This document shows, in pieces, positions 46,153 to 55,181 of a DNA stretch of 64,000 bases. A program made the translations under genes and the position numbers. This DNA comes from a virus (taxonomy: Duplodnaviria; Heunggongvirae; Uroviricota; Caudoviricetes). The notes under the pieces were generated by a model, which worked only from the letters and a program-made list of their open reading frames with translations, was not told the DNA's origin and made no database searches. The stretch lies in IMG/VR virus record IMGVR_UViG_3300021963_000032. One strand, written 5' to 3'. The first letter of the stretch is position 1; each line of letters begins with the position of its first letter.

Positions 46153-46428
46153 ATGAAGAAATCACAACTACAAGCAATCATCAAAGAAGAGGTTAGAGGC
46201 GTGCTTAAAGAGGCTTCATTCTTCGATAACATGAACGACGAAACCAAAGCACTTTATCGCGAATATGCACAAAAGATTGATATCTTGGATCGCACCGCGA
46301 TCTACAATCACGACCTTTTGAATAAGGCGCTTATGGCTGATCCTCGTGTTCAAAAGAGCGCTCAAAAGAATACATTGCAAAAGGCATTAGCATGGGCAAT
46401 TACGTTTGCTCAAGAGATGGAAAGATAA
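46153..46428 (+). CDS. hypothetical protein (same N-terminal motif family)
   Basis: MKKSQLQAIIKEEVRGVLKEA. Confidence 0.4.
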   Translation: MKKSQLQAIIKEEVRGVLKEASFFDNMNDETKALYREYAQKIDILDRTAIYNHDLLNKALMADPRVQKSAQKNTLQKALAWAITFAQEMER

Positions 46429-46553
46429 TCCTAACCTGCTGAAAGCAGCGACAAATAAGTAAGGAGGGAAGGCCAAAAATATGCGGGAACTGGTGCGAAA
46501 AAATGCGCCGGTTCTTGTTTGTTTATGCGGGACTATTTATATAAAAGTTAACT

Positions 46554-46775
46554 ATGAAACACGAGACATCTAAGCAGAGATTAATGGAGTTGGCTAACGT
46601 CAGTGAAGCTATGGAAACCCCATCTGCTGCGGCGTCTGAGATACTATCTTTGCTTGCACATCCGAACATAAAGAAGAGTATGGATGCTCTTTCAGATATG
46701 ATCGGTGACCAGGAGTTTATGGCTGTTAAGAAGCTGTACGATGGTTTGTATATGGAGCTTAAAAAGTACGAATAA
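46554..46775 (+). CDS. hypothetical protein
   Basis: ORF with SKQRLMELA motif. Confidence 0.35.
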   Translation: MKHETSKQRLMELANVSEAMETPSAAASEILSLLAHPNIKKSMDALSDMIGDQEFMAVKKLYDGLYMELKKYE

Positions 46776-47302
46776 TGTTTAAGTATATACGGGACATCTT
46801 GACGACAATTACACCAGGACAGCGGATCGTTGCTTTGGCTTTTTTGTTGATGAGTATTACCGTAATTGCTGTGGGACCTAAGATTGTAGGTAGCTTTACT
46901 CAAGACACTGAGGAGTTGCAGATTAAGGTGGAATCGCAGAAGAATGAGATTGCTGATCTTACCCAGCGAGTTGGTGATTTGAATCGTCAAGTCATTACTA
47001 ACCAAACAGAGTGTACTAACCAGTGGATGTCCCGAGAGCGTGAGATTCTTGGTGTTATCAATTTGATAGAGCAAGAGGCGTTGTCTACAAACGGAAGAAT
47101 AGTGGCTACTAGTTCAACAGTCGTTCGCAGACCTAACACTTATAACTACGATAACGATACAATGCAAAGAGTGTCTATGATGGTTGTAGCACCAGAACCA
47201 GAAGTGGTGAAAACCGTTACGCATAAAGTTGATAACAGAAAGATGCTCGGTATGGTGTCAAAGCTGAAGGGTGAAATACAAAAGGACTTAGGCAAACAAT
47301 AA
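46775..47302 (+). CDS. hypothetical membrane / coiled-coil protein
   Basis: TM helix LAFLLMSITVIAV followed by a coiled coil. Confidence 0.4.
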   Translation: MFKYIRDILTTITPGQRIVALAFLLMSITVIAVGPKIVGSFTQDTEELQIKVESQKNEIADLTQRVGDLNRQVITNQTECTNQWMSREREILGVINLIEQEALSTNGRIVATSSTVVRRPNTYNYDNDTMQRVSMMVVAPEPEVVKTVTHKVDNRKMLGMVSKLKGEIQKDLGKQ

Positions 47303-47307
47303 ATTAT

Positions 47308-47523
47308 ATGAAGAAATCAGAATTACAAAAGATAATCCGTGAGGAAGTAAAAACAGCTCTAGGTGAGCAAGTTAATCCCGAGTTGGATGCTATGGTGAAG
47401 AAATTCGTTAAGGGTCTAGCTGCCAAGTATCAGTACGGAGAGCAGGACGCTCTTTATGCTATATTCGAATCATTGAAGCGCCAGCAAATGCTAGGTAACG
47501 ACGTAAATTACAGACCATACTAA
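47308..47523 (+). CDS. hypothetical protein (N-terminal motif family)
   Basis: MKKSELQKIIREEVKTALGEQ. Confidence 0.4.
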   Translation: MKKSELQKIIREEVKTALGEQVNPELDAMVKKFVKGLAAKYQYGEQDALYAIFESLKRQQMLGNDVNYRPY

Positions 47524-47524
47524 C

Positions 47525-48244
47525 ATGAAGAAATCACAACTAAAATCACTTATACGAGAGGCTGTTTCGTCTCGATTGGCAGAAGCTCAAGACTTTATGG
47601 CTCAGCTGAAAACTTCTGGTAAATTGGTAGATCCAACTGGTGTTGGTAGTTCTCCTAGATACTCTGAAACGTATCAACTAACGGGAGATACTAAGCATGA
47701 TTCTATGCGATTCTTCTACAAGCCTACCGACAAGAATAAGCCGTACGGTCTTGTATATATTCAAGGTCATGGATTAGATAGTCGTGTAATGTCATCTGTT
47801 GGATTAGGTTATCACACGCAGTCAGGAATCGCTGGTGTTGATGGCTATATTCACGATGGTAATTATAATACAAGTTGGGTATCTGAGCAAGACTTTATCA
47901 AAGCTGTAACAGATTTTAGCAATGGATTTGGTAAGTATGCTAAGTCGTATAACGACTTCTACAAGGGTAGAGGTTTGTCTCCAGGAGTTGGTGATATGAT
48001 GCAAGAAGGTGTTATGTCAGACATCGACATCATCGCACAAGAGTCAGCTACATTTGAGGAGTTTGTTAGCAAAATTGCTGCAGATCCAAAATATAAAAGC
48101 TTAGATGCAAATGACGCTGAAGTGAAGGATTTCTTGCAACAAATGTACGATGATGCACAAGTTGTAAGTGAAACAAAACACGTTAAAAAACTATCAATCA
48201 AAGAAGCAATTCGAAGTATCATTCGCAAAGAATTAAGAAAATAA
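47525..48244 (+). CDS. hypothetical protein (N-terminal motif family)
   Basis: MKKSQLKSLIREAVSSRLAEAQ. Confidence 0.4.
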   Translation: MKKSQLKSLIREAVSSRLAEAQDFMAQLKTSGKLVDPTGVGSSPRYSETYQLTGDTKHDSMRFFYKPTDKNKPYGLVYIQGHGLDSRVMSSVGLGYHTQSGIAGVDGYIHDGNYNTSWVSEQDFIKAVTDFSNGFGKYAKSYNDFYKGRGLSPGVGDMMQEGVMSDIDIIAQESATFEEFVSKIAADPKYKSLDANDAEVKDFLQQMYDDAQVVSETKHVKKLSIKEAIRSIIRKELRK

Positions 48245-48254
48245 ACCACATCTA

Positions 48255-48292
48255 CTATTGCTCTAAGAAACCACCCCACAAAGGTGGTTTTT
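48255..48292 (+). terminator. Rho-independent terminator
   Basis: AAACCACCccacaaaGGTGGTTT followed by TTTTTGTTT. Confidence 0.6.
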
Positions 48293-48337
48293 TTGTTTGT
48301 ATCGGTTCATAACTTTTAAATTATTTTTGTTTAGCTG

Positions 48338-48376
48338 TTGCATATCCGGATTGATCGGGTGTCCTTTAGGTATAGA
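48338..48376 (+). promoter_or_regulatory. Conserved phage promoter with upstream ATCGGTTCATAACTTT element
   Basis: TTGCA-N22-CTTTAGGTATAGATAAAAAGAGAAAGAT upstream of the ATG at 48392. Confidence 0.55.
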
Positions 48377-48391
48377 TAAAAAGAGAAAGAT

Positions 48392-48622
48392 ATGAAAAAT
48401 TCAATTTTAGACAAGAACGGAGCAGAGCTTCAAGTTGGTACAGTAGTAAGTCACAAGACCGGGTGGGTACGAATCACACGATTGAACAGTAAGTGGTGTA
48501 ACCTTGGTGCAATCTGGGGTGGTAGGGTTTATGAGAAGAAAGTTCCTCTTAGTGAGATCTTTGCCGACGAAGTTGCTTGGTATGAGGCTTGGACTAAAAC
48601 AGATCAGTACAGATGCATGTAA
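48392..48622 (+). CDS. hypothetical protein
   Basis: ORF. Confidence 0.4.
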   Translation: MKNSILDKNGAELQVGTVVSHKTGWVRITRLNSKWCNLGAIWGGRVYEKKVPLSEIFADEVAWYEAWTKTDQYRCM

Positions 48623-48650
48623 AAAAAATGAAAAAAAATTGCACTAACTG

Positions 48651-48696
48651 TTGCAAACACGGAAAACAGTCCTGACCTTTAGGTATAGATTTAAAG
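48651..48696 (+). promoter_or_regulatory. Conserved phage promoter
   Basis: TTGCAAACACGG...CCTGACCTTTAGGTATAGATTTAAAGAGAGAT upstream of the ATG at 48707. Confidence 0.55.
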
Positions 48697-48706
48697 AGAG
48701 ATAAAA

Positions 48707-49924
48707 ATGATTATTAAAAACACAAAAACACAAGTTATGAGTAAATTTCCAATGATTGCCGAAGTAAAGATGGCCCCTGGCAAAGGCGGTAAGATGGTTG
48801 TTAAAGCCTTCGATTCAGTTTCCGGAGAGGAAGTGAAAGGTATTGTTTATGTAACGCTTCAAGGAGCTTACAAAGCTGGTATGAACCTTGCTAAGATGAG
48901 TGAAGATTCTTCTTTCACTCGAGTTGATTCTACTGTCTCTGTTGAGATGTTAGAGCAGATTATTAGTGGTGCTGAGGTTTCAGTTCCGGAGGTTGCTCCT
49001 GCTACTAATGACGTTATGTCTTTCTTAAAGACTTGTGTTGAGAAACGTCCAGAGACACTCTACATTGAGGACCTTAACTGGAAGTTTATGTGTCGTACTG
49101 CGATGCGTGGAGGTAATATGTTGATGACTGGTCCTACCGGATGTGGTAAGTCTCAGACAGCCATTGCGGTTGCTAAGGCTCTTGGACGTGAGTTGTTCTA
49201 TGTTAACTTAGGTGCTACTCAAGATCCTCGAGGAACATTGATTGGTAACACTCACTTCTCTAAAGAGGTTGGTACTTTCTTTAACGAGTCTGCTTTCGTA
49301 AAAGCCATTCAGACTCCTAACACAGTGATCTTGCTTGATGAGATTTCTCGTGCGCATCCTGAGGCTTGGAATATCTTGATGACGGTTCTCGATCCAGGAC
49401 AGAGATACTTGAGATTGGATGAGGCTGTTGGAGCTCCTACAGTACACGTTGCAGAGGGAGTAGCGTTCATCGGAACTGCTAACATTGGTAGTGAGTATAC
49501 TGCCACAAGAGTAATGGACCGAGCGTTGTTAGACCGATTCACTATCGCTGAGATTCCTTACTTAACTGTAGCTCAGGAGTCTAAGTTGCTGACTCAGTTA
49601 CACCCAGGATTGTCTAAGAAAGTTTGTCAGAACATCGCTGAGATTGCTGGTCAGACTCGTACAGAGGTTATGACAGATAGTCCACGAATCTCTAGTGCGA
49701 TTTCGACTCGTGCAGCGATTGAGATGGCCGGGTTAATGTCTGACGGATTCGCAATCGAAGAGACAGCTCAAGTAAGTATCTACCCACTGTACTCTAACGA
49801 CGGAGGTATGCAGTCTGAGAGAACTTATGTGAAGCAGTTGGTTCAGAAGTACATCAACGATGGAACTGCTGATAACTTGACGGGTGCTGAAAGTGCTGAG
49901 GTTGAATCAAACTTACCTTTCTAA
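48707..49924 (+). CDS. CobS-like / MoxR-family AAA+ ATPase
   Basis: Walker A LMTGPTGCGKSQ. Walker B ILLDEISRAHPEAWNILMTVLD. Confidence 0.55.
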   Translation: MIIKNTKTQVMSKFPMIAEVKMAPGKGGKMVVKAFDSVSGEEVKGIVYVTLQGAYKAGMNLAKMSEDSSFTRVDSTVSVEMLEQIISGAEVSVPEVAPATNDVMSFLKTCVEKRPETLYIEDLNWKFMCRTAMRGGNMLMTGPTGCGKSQTAIAVAKALGRELFYVNLGATQDPRGTLIGNTHFSKEVGTFFNESAFVKAIQTPNTVILLDEISRAHPEAWNILMTVLDPGQRYLRLDEAVGAPTVHVAEGVAFIGTANIGSEYTATRVMDRALLDRFTIAEIPYLTVAQESKLLTQLHPGLSKKVCQNIAEIAGQTRTEVMTDSPRISSAISTRAAIEMAGLMSDGFAIEETAQVSIYPLYSNDGGMQSERTYVKQLVQKYINDGTADNLTGAESAEVESNLPF

Positions 49925-49926
49925 TC

Positions 49927-50229
49927 ATGAGAGGTAACACTAACCCAGACAAAGAGTTCATGAGAATGAAGCGCTATGTCGACAAGAAGTTTCCTGGAGC
50001 ACATACGGTTGCTAGAGAGAGAAACGGACAAATGACTTATCAGGTTTTGGATGGAAGAGGCTTTGCTGTTATTAGTGAAGAGCTGTTTCTTCCACCGGCC
50101 TTCACTGTGAGAAAAGCTTGGGAACAAGCCAAGTATGCAGCTTGGTTTTCGAACATGATTCGCAAGTCAAATGCAGCGTTTTCAGACGAGAAAATGTACA
50201 AAAAGATGGCCAGAGAAACTGGTGAATAA
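49927..50229 (+). CDS. hypothetical protein
   Basis: ORF. Confidence 0.35.
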   Translation: MRGNTNPDKEFMRMKRYVDKKFPGAHTVARERNGQMTYQVLDGRGFAVISEELFLPPAFTVRKAWEQAKYAAWFSNMIRKSNAAFSDEKMYKKMARETGE

Positions 50230-50248
50230 TGACCAAAAAACAACAAAA

Positions 50249-50770
50249 ATGAGCATAGTAAGATTTATAGCAGACCTCCATTTAGGACACGAAAACATGG
50301 CTAAAAAACGCGGATTTACTTCCGCAGCTGAGCATGATGAACATATCATAAAGATGTGGAATAGTGTGGTAAATAAGCGCGATATGACCTACATTTTAGG
50401 TGACGTGACTATGGAGACCAGTAAGTACTATCCGCTCTTAGATCGCTTGAATGGCCGTAAGAAAGTCGTGCTTGGAAACCACGATATGCCAAAGGATATT
50501 CCGGAGCTTTTGAAGCATGTAGACCAGGTTGGTGCAATGATGCGATATAAGGGCATTTGGATGTCTCACTGTCCGGTTCATCCAATGGAATTGGAACACC
50601 GCGTAAAGCGGATCATTCACGGTCATATCCACGAAAAGTTCGTTATGAAACAAGTAACGTTTCTAGGTTTTAATGTATTCAAACGTGTTGATAGACGATA
50701 CCACTGCGTGTCTTGTGAGCATGTTAACTACACTCCTAAAACGCTCGCAGAGCTGGGAATAGAAAGATAA
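50249..50770 (+). CDS. Calcineurin-like metallophosphoesterase (Ser/Thr phosphatase-like)
   Basis: IADLHLGHEN...LGDV...GNHD...GHIHE motif series. The start is taken at an internal ATG after the upstream gene. Confidence 0.5.
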   Translation: MSIVRFIADLHLGHENMAKKRGFTSAAEHDEHIIKMWNSVVNKRDMTYILGDVTMETSKYYPLLDRLNGRKKVVLGNHDMPKDIPELLKHVDQVGAMMRYKGIWMSHCPVHPMELEHRVKRIIHGHIHEKFVMKQVTFLGFNVFKRVDRRYHCVSCEHVNYTPKTLAELGIER

Positions 50771-50785
50771 TTCATTACTATTTAT

Positions 50786-51109
50786 ATGCAGATGATAAAG
50801 CTTGGAAGTATTATAAAAGAGATGGGATTACCATCATTTGATCCACCTAACAAATTCCTGAGAGGGGAGATATCCAAGCAAGCATTGATCGATAAAGCAG
50901 CACCATTAGTGCAGCCTCTACCATTCATCGATCAGAACATGCTAGATGCATTAACTTTTACCGCAACAGAGCGTGATGCCAATAAGGTTTGGAAAGCTCT
51001 TACACAAGGTGGATTAGGTGCCTACTTCGATCCTCCTACCCAAAGTGCAGAGCCCGAAATGTGGTTTATCGACACTCGAACTGCAAATGCAGACGGATTG
51101 ATCTTGTAA
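50786..51109 (+). CDS. hypothetical protein
   Basis: ORF. Confidence 0.35.
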   Translation: MQMIKLGSIIKEMGLPSFDPPNKFLRGEISKQALIDKAAPLVQPLPFIDQNMLDALTFTATERDANKVWKALTQGGLGAYFDPPTQSAEPEMWFIDTRTANADGLIL

Positions 51110-51150
51110 TAAGATCGGTTCATAACTTTCTATTTATTTTCTTGCAGCTG

Positions 51151-51196
51151 TTGCATGGCTGGATATATGTCCTGACCTTTAGGTATAGATTTAAAG
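51151..51196 (+). promoter_or_regulatory. Conserved phage promoter with upstream GATCGGTTCATAACTTT element
   Basis: Near-identical to the promoter at 48651, including CCTGACCTTTAGGTATAGATTTAAAGAGAGATAAA. Confidence 0.55.
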
Positions 51197-51226
51197 AGAG
51201 ATAAATTAATTACTAAAACACAAGTT

Positions 51227-52036
51227 ATGAAAACAATCGAATTAACACCTGCCGAATTAGAGTTGATCCAAGTAAAGCGTCAACAAGAGGAATTAGCCGC
51301 TCAAGAAGCTGCTGTTCAAAACCAACTTGCAATCGAGAAAGAAATTGCTCGAGTTAACCTCCAAGTTGAAGGTTATATTAAGCAAGAAGCTCAACAAGTG
51401 AAAGCTGCTGGTGAGTTTGCTTTACAAATGCCATCCGTAGGATTTCATGTTGATACTAGAGATCTCGAAGCTAAAGCCACTTACAAGAGTGAAGTTGTTG
51501 ACACGATCAAGTATCAAGAACAAGTAGCCTACATGCTTAAAGATGGTTATAAGATTTCGGTCAGAGAACACATCGTGTATAGTAGATATGGTGGACGTGG
51601 TAGAAGTCAGGGATATAAGATGTATGTTACCGGTCCTGGTATTGACTACAAGACTTCAAACCGTGGTTACAAAAATACCAAGAAAGTGATCGAATTAATC
51701 GAAGACACAATCGAGTCAATCAAAGCTAAAGAGTTGTTTATTGCAAAACAGAAAGGTGCGGTTGAGTCTACTGTTGCAAAGTTGACACAAGAGTTTCCTA
51801 AAGCTAAGGTGATTTCGAGTCGTGGTTGTAAGATCAATCCTTACGGATCTCCTTCTAACAGATACACTGAGTATGATAAAGTTGAAGTGAAATTGCCTAA
51901 CGGAGTTAACATAGAGTACCGAGTTCATTCAGATGGCTACATGGAACGATTAGGAATTACCTACCCTAAACACGACACAATGGAATTGATTTCAATGTTA
52001 AATAATTTAGAATTTTCTTCCGAAACTGTTGCCTAA
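51227..52036 (+). CDS. hypothetical protein
   Basis: ORF. Confidence 0.4.
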   Translation: MKTIELTPAELELIQVKRQQEELAAQEAAVQNQLAIEKEIARVNLQVEGYIKQEAQQVKAAGEFALQMPSVGFHVDTRDLEAKATYKSEVVDTIKYQEQVAYMLKDGYKISVREHIVYSRYGGRGRSQGYKMYVTGPGIDYKTSNRGYKNTKKVIELIEDTIESIKAKELFIAKQKGAVESTVAKLTQEFPKAKVISSRGCKINPYGSPSNRYTEYDKVEVKLPNGVNIEYRVHSDGYMERLGITYPKHDTMELISMLNNLEFSSETVA

Positions 52037-52067
52037 TCAAATATAAGTCACGACCTTTAGATATAAG
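52029..52067 (+). promoter_or_regulatory. Conserved phage promoter overlapping the 3' end of the upstream gene
   Basis: TTGCC-N22-CTTTAGATATAAGAAAGAGAT upstream of the ATG at 52076. Confidence 0.45.
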
Positions 52068-52075
52068 AAAGAGAT

Positions 52076-52309
52076 ATGAATACTGAACTAAATACCCGAA
52101 CAGACGTTATCAAAGCTTTGGTGGCGGAGTTCAACGAAAAGCCAGCCGGTTTTAACAATAACGAGAGAACCAAGTCAAATGAGAAGTTTTGGACCTTCAA
52201 CCGATTGTTCCATTATTATTGGGATTTGAAACATGGTCGTAAAGGTACTTACCGTACCACCCTCAATCCTGCTACCGGTTTTTATGAACTTAATAAACAA
52301 CAATCATGA
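52076..52309 (+). CDS. hypothetical protein
   Basis: ORF. Confidence 0.35.
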   Translation: MNTELNTRTDVIKALVAEFNEKPAGFNNNERTKSNEKFWTFNRLFHYYWDLKHGRKGTYRTTLNPATGFYELNKQQS

Positions 52310-52530
52310 TAAAGAAGTTGAGTGAAATGCCACGTGCAGAGAAGATTGAAATTGATTTAACTGGTCCTGAGGGCAATGCCCACTACCTAATAGGCCTAGC
52401 TACTAACCTTTGTGATAACTTTGACTTAGATGCTGTTGTTGTTCGTAAAGAGATGATGGCTAGTGATTACGAAAACTTGCTTGAAGTATTTGATAATTAT
52501 TTTGGTGAAATAGTGAATTTATATCGCTAA
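52306..52530 (+). CDS. hypothetical protein
   Basis: ORF with ATGA overlap. Confidence 0.35.
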   Translation: MIKKLSEMPRAEKIEIDLTGPEGNAHYLIGLATNLCDNFDLDAVVVRKEMMASDYENLLEVFDNYFGEIVNLYR

Positions 52531-52534
52531 AAAG

Positions 52535-52572
52535 TTGCACCGGTGGAATTAAGTCACGACCTTTAGGTATAA
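52535..52572 (+). promoter_or_regulatory. Conserved phage promoter
   Basis: TTGCA-N22-CTTTAGGTATAAAAGAAAGAGAGAT upstream of the ATG at 52586. Confidence 0.5.
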
Positions 52573-52585
52573 AAGAAAGAGAGAT

Positions 52586-52780
52586 ATGAAAACAATCGCA
52601 AACAAGACCCAAAAGACATTTGAAGCTGCCATCAGAATGGTCATGATTAGAGAAGGTAAGAGTTTCCAAGAAGCTCAAAATATCGTACTAGAGGTTGTAA
52701 ACGACTTTAAGTCAGACAACGTGACTAAGAATGACCTAGTAGATTTGATTAACACACTACATTACACATTTATAAAATAA
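52586..52780 (+). CDS. hypothetical protein
   Basis: ORF. Confidence 0.35.
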   Translation: MKTIANKTQKTFEAAIRMVMIREGKSFQEAQNIVLEVVNDFKSDNVTKNDLVDLINTLHYTFIK

Positions 52781-52785
52781 GAGAT

Positions 52786-53085
52786 ATGAATAATTCAGTA
52801 AAACAAATCGAGAAGTATTTAAACCTAACGGTACTAGCTTCAGAAAGTAAGATTCAAAGAGAGGTGTTTGGTTATAATAGAACCGAATCGTTTGAGTCAA
52901 ATAAGAAATATGCTGACATGCTTCGTCGAGGATGGTATAAGGATTTATATAAACGAGTAGAGGTTTCTGTACCAGGAGTTCGTTCAAGAATATTCTATTA
53001 CAAAGGAAGTGTAAACGAAATGCAAACCTTACTTGCAAATCGAGGAGAAACTGTTGAGTCATTTATTTTAAAAAACGAGCTATGA
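52786..53085 (+). CDS. hypothetical protein
   Basis: ORF. Confidence 0.35.
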   Translation: MNNSVKQIEKYLNLTVLASESKIQREVFGYNRTESFESNKKYADMLRRGWYKDLYKRVEVSVPGVRSRIFYYKGSVNEMQTLLANRGETVESFILKNEL

Positions 53086-53306
53086 GTAATGAAATGATTG
53101 GTAATTTTGTCTATTTGTATTTTATAATTAGTACAATGGCGTTGTTGAGATGGGGAGCTGAGATCCTCGATAATATTCAAAAGAAACGTGAGAATGGCAA
53201 AGAAGAAACAAAAGGATAGTACACCTGCTTACAACGAGGTCAACAAGAAGATCGCAGCTAGGTTAGAAAAGTTTAATAAAGAAAAAAACACACAAAAATA
53301 AAAGTT

Positions 53307-53519
53307 ATGTCAAAAGAAAAAAACGCATCGAGTGGAATTGGTTTAGGAACTGTGTTGTTCTTGATATTTTTAACATTGAAATTAGCTGAGGTTGGTCCAG
53401 TTCAGTACTGGTCTTGGTGGGCTGTAACGTGTCCTCTTTGGATTCCACTATTGCTTGTGGTAGGAATTGCAGCGATTGTTGGCCTTGTAGTTTTAATAGG
53501 TCGCGCATTGAATAAGTAG
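53307..53519 (+). CDS. small membrane protein (2 TM)
   Basis: LGTVLFLIFLTL and IPLLLVVGIAAIVGLVVLI hydrophobic segments. Confidence 0.4.
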   Translation: MSKEKNASSGIGLGTVLFLIFLTLKLAEVGPVQYWSWWAVTCPLWIPLLLVVGIAAIVGLVVLIGRALNK

Positions 53520-53539
53520 GTTTATCTCTCTTCCTACTA

Positions 53540-53578
53540 TTTATATGAAAGGTTCTTGAACGAGAGCCTTTCTTTTTA
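53540..53578 (+). terminator. Rho-independent terminator
   Basis: AAAGGTTCttgaacGAGAGCCTTT followed by CTTTTTAT. Confidence 0.5.
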
Positions 53579-53581
53579 TAT

Positions 53582-54256
53582 ATGATAAAATTCAAAAACA
53601 TATTACAAGAGCTTAGTGGTGAGGAAACTTCCCGCGAGCAGTTTGTGTTAGGAGCTTCTCGAGATATTGTGAACGCTTTTAAGTCTGGTGTTCGTAAATA
53701 CAAAGACACGTTTATATTACCACGTGGTGGTGAGGAAGCTGAAGTCAATTTAGATATCACATTTATAAAGAGACCAAAGCAGGAGTATGCTTTCTCAATA
53801 GCTGCAGGGTTTGGTCCTAAGAAAAGAGGTGATGAAGATGCATTGGAGATGTTGGTTGAGTACAATCCAAAATGGTTTCCTAACGCAATGAACGCTTTTG
53901 TAGCCGAAGTGAAAGAGACTTTAGAACATGAATTGGAGCACGTTGGTCAACAAAACTTTGACGATATGTATGTCGTGTCTAATAGGTACGACCAGCCTCT
54001 AGCATACCCAGAAGAGTCACCACAAGCACCAACCCACTTCCTTTATCTTACCAGTAATGTGGAAGTTCCAGCCTACGTTAAGGGATTACTAAAGCGAGCT
54101 AAAGTGAAGGGATTATCCTTCGAAGAAGCCCTAGAAGACTACTACAGCGACTACGTTGATACCTTTAGAGTTTATAGTACAGATTGGAGTAAAGTGAAAA
54201 AAATATGGACAGATTGGGCCTTAGCAAATAGAGATAAACTTAGAAAGTTCACATGA
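53582..54256 (+). CDS. hypothetical protein (MIKFKNILQE N-terminal family)
   Basis: ORF. Confidence 0.4.
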   Translation: MIKFKNILQELSGEETSREQFVLGASRDIVNAFKSGVRKYKDTFILPRGGEEAEVNLDITFIKRPKQEYAFSIAAGFGPKKRGDEDALEMLVEYNPKWFPNAMNAFVAEVKETLEHELEHVGQQNFDDMYVVSNRYDQPLAYPEESPQAPTHFLYLTSNVEVPAYVKGLLKRAKVKGLSFEEALEDYYSDYVDTFRVYSTDWSKVKKIWTDWALANRDKLRKFT

Positions 54257-54642
54257 TTAAACTATACGATTTACTAATAGAAACTGTAACACAATCACAA
54301 CTTGCACTACTTGAAAAGTATGCGGATAAGTTGTTTGCAGTCGTTGGGATTGATGTTGAATTTTCTAAACACTTCTTCGATCGAGTAAATGATCCCCGCA
54401 ATAATAGGCCGATCTCAGATGCTGAGTTGACTGATCTATTTCAGAAAACCTACGAGAAACACGGTAAGCAAATAGCTTCTTTGGGTGCAAGTGCTGAGGC
54501 GGTTATTGTCGATATGCAGAAGGATATTAATATTCCATTTGTGTTGCAATACAACAATAGAACGCAGCAATTAGAACTTATGTCTAAGACAATAATGCGC
54601 AAGAAAAACTTCCAAACAACCAACAAAAAATTAACTGTATGA
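54253..54642 (+). CDS. hypothetical protein (MIKLYDLLIE N-terminal family)
   Basis: ORF with ATGA overlap. Confidence 0.4.
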   Translation: MIKLYDLLIETVTQSQLALLEKYADKLFAVVGIDVEFSKHFFDRVNDPRNNRPISDAELTDLFQKTYEKHGKQIASLGASAEAVIVDMQKDINIPFVLQYNNRTQQLELMSKTIMRKKNFQTTNKKLTV

Positions 54643-55181
54643 TCAAACTAAAATCACTTATTCCAGAAGCTTATACGGATGAGTTTGGTAAAAATAAATG
54701 GGTCAATCTTCCACGCAAAGCCCTTGAGGATTACGCTGATACTATTGCTGATCTTGTAGTGAATGCTTATGCAGGTAAGGGGGGTAATTTTGAGATACGG
54801 ACCGGTAACGATGTACGCTCATCTGATCTGAATTTCTGGGTATCTAACGATGTAGACTCAGATGAGGATATGGATGTTGTGGTAGGAGGAAAGGTAACTC
54901 CAGCAGGGACAAAGATGACAATGATAGGTCAGGATGGTGGTGCTACTGCTAAAAAAGTAGGAGTAACTAAGATGATTGAGCTTATGAAGACGAGAGGTTT
55001 TTATGCTGAAATGGATAAGGATATGGCTGCTAAATTTGGTTTGCCAATCACAAAAGATGAAGCTGATATTCGTAAAGTTATTAATAAGGATCTTAAAATG
55101 AATCCCGATGGTAGCTATGATAGAAAGCTTACTGGCGGTCCAGTTAAAACAAAAGTATTAGTAGGGATTCCAAAGGTATGA
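54639..55181 (+). CDS. hypothetical protein (MIKLKSLIPE N-terminal family)
   Basis: ORF with ATGA overlap. Confidence 0.4.
   Translation: MIKLKSLIPEAYTDEFGKNKWVNLPRKALEDYADTIADLVVNAYAGKGGNFEIRTGNDVRSSDLNFWVSNDVDSDEDMDVVVGGKVTPAGTKMTMIGQDGGATAKKVGVTKMIELMKTRGFYAEMDKDMAAKFGLPITKDEADIRKVINKDLKMNPDGSYDRKLTGGPVKTKVLVGIPKV

Noticed and set aside
53082-53301. Two very small ORFs (about 45 aa TM peptide at 53082-53219 and a 35-aa basic peptide at 53195-53301) in the gap before the membrane-protein gene
   Set aside because: Both are below any reliable size threshold, overlap each other, and lack promoter or terminator support. They are left unannotated.
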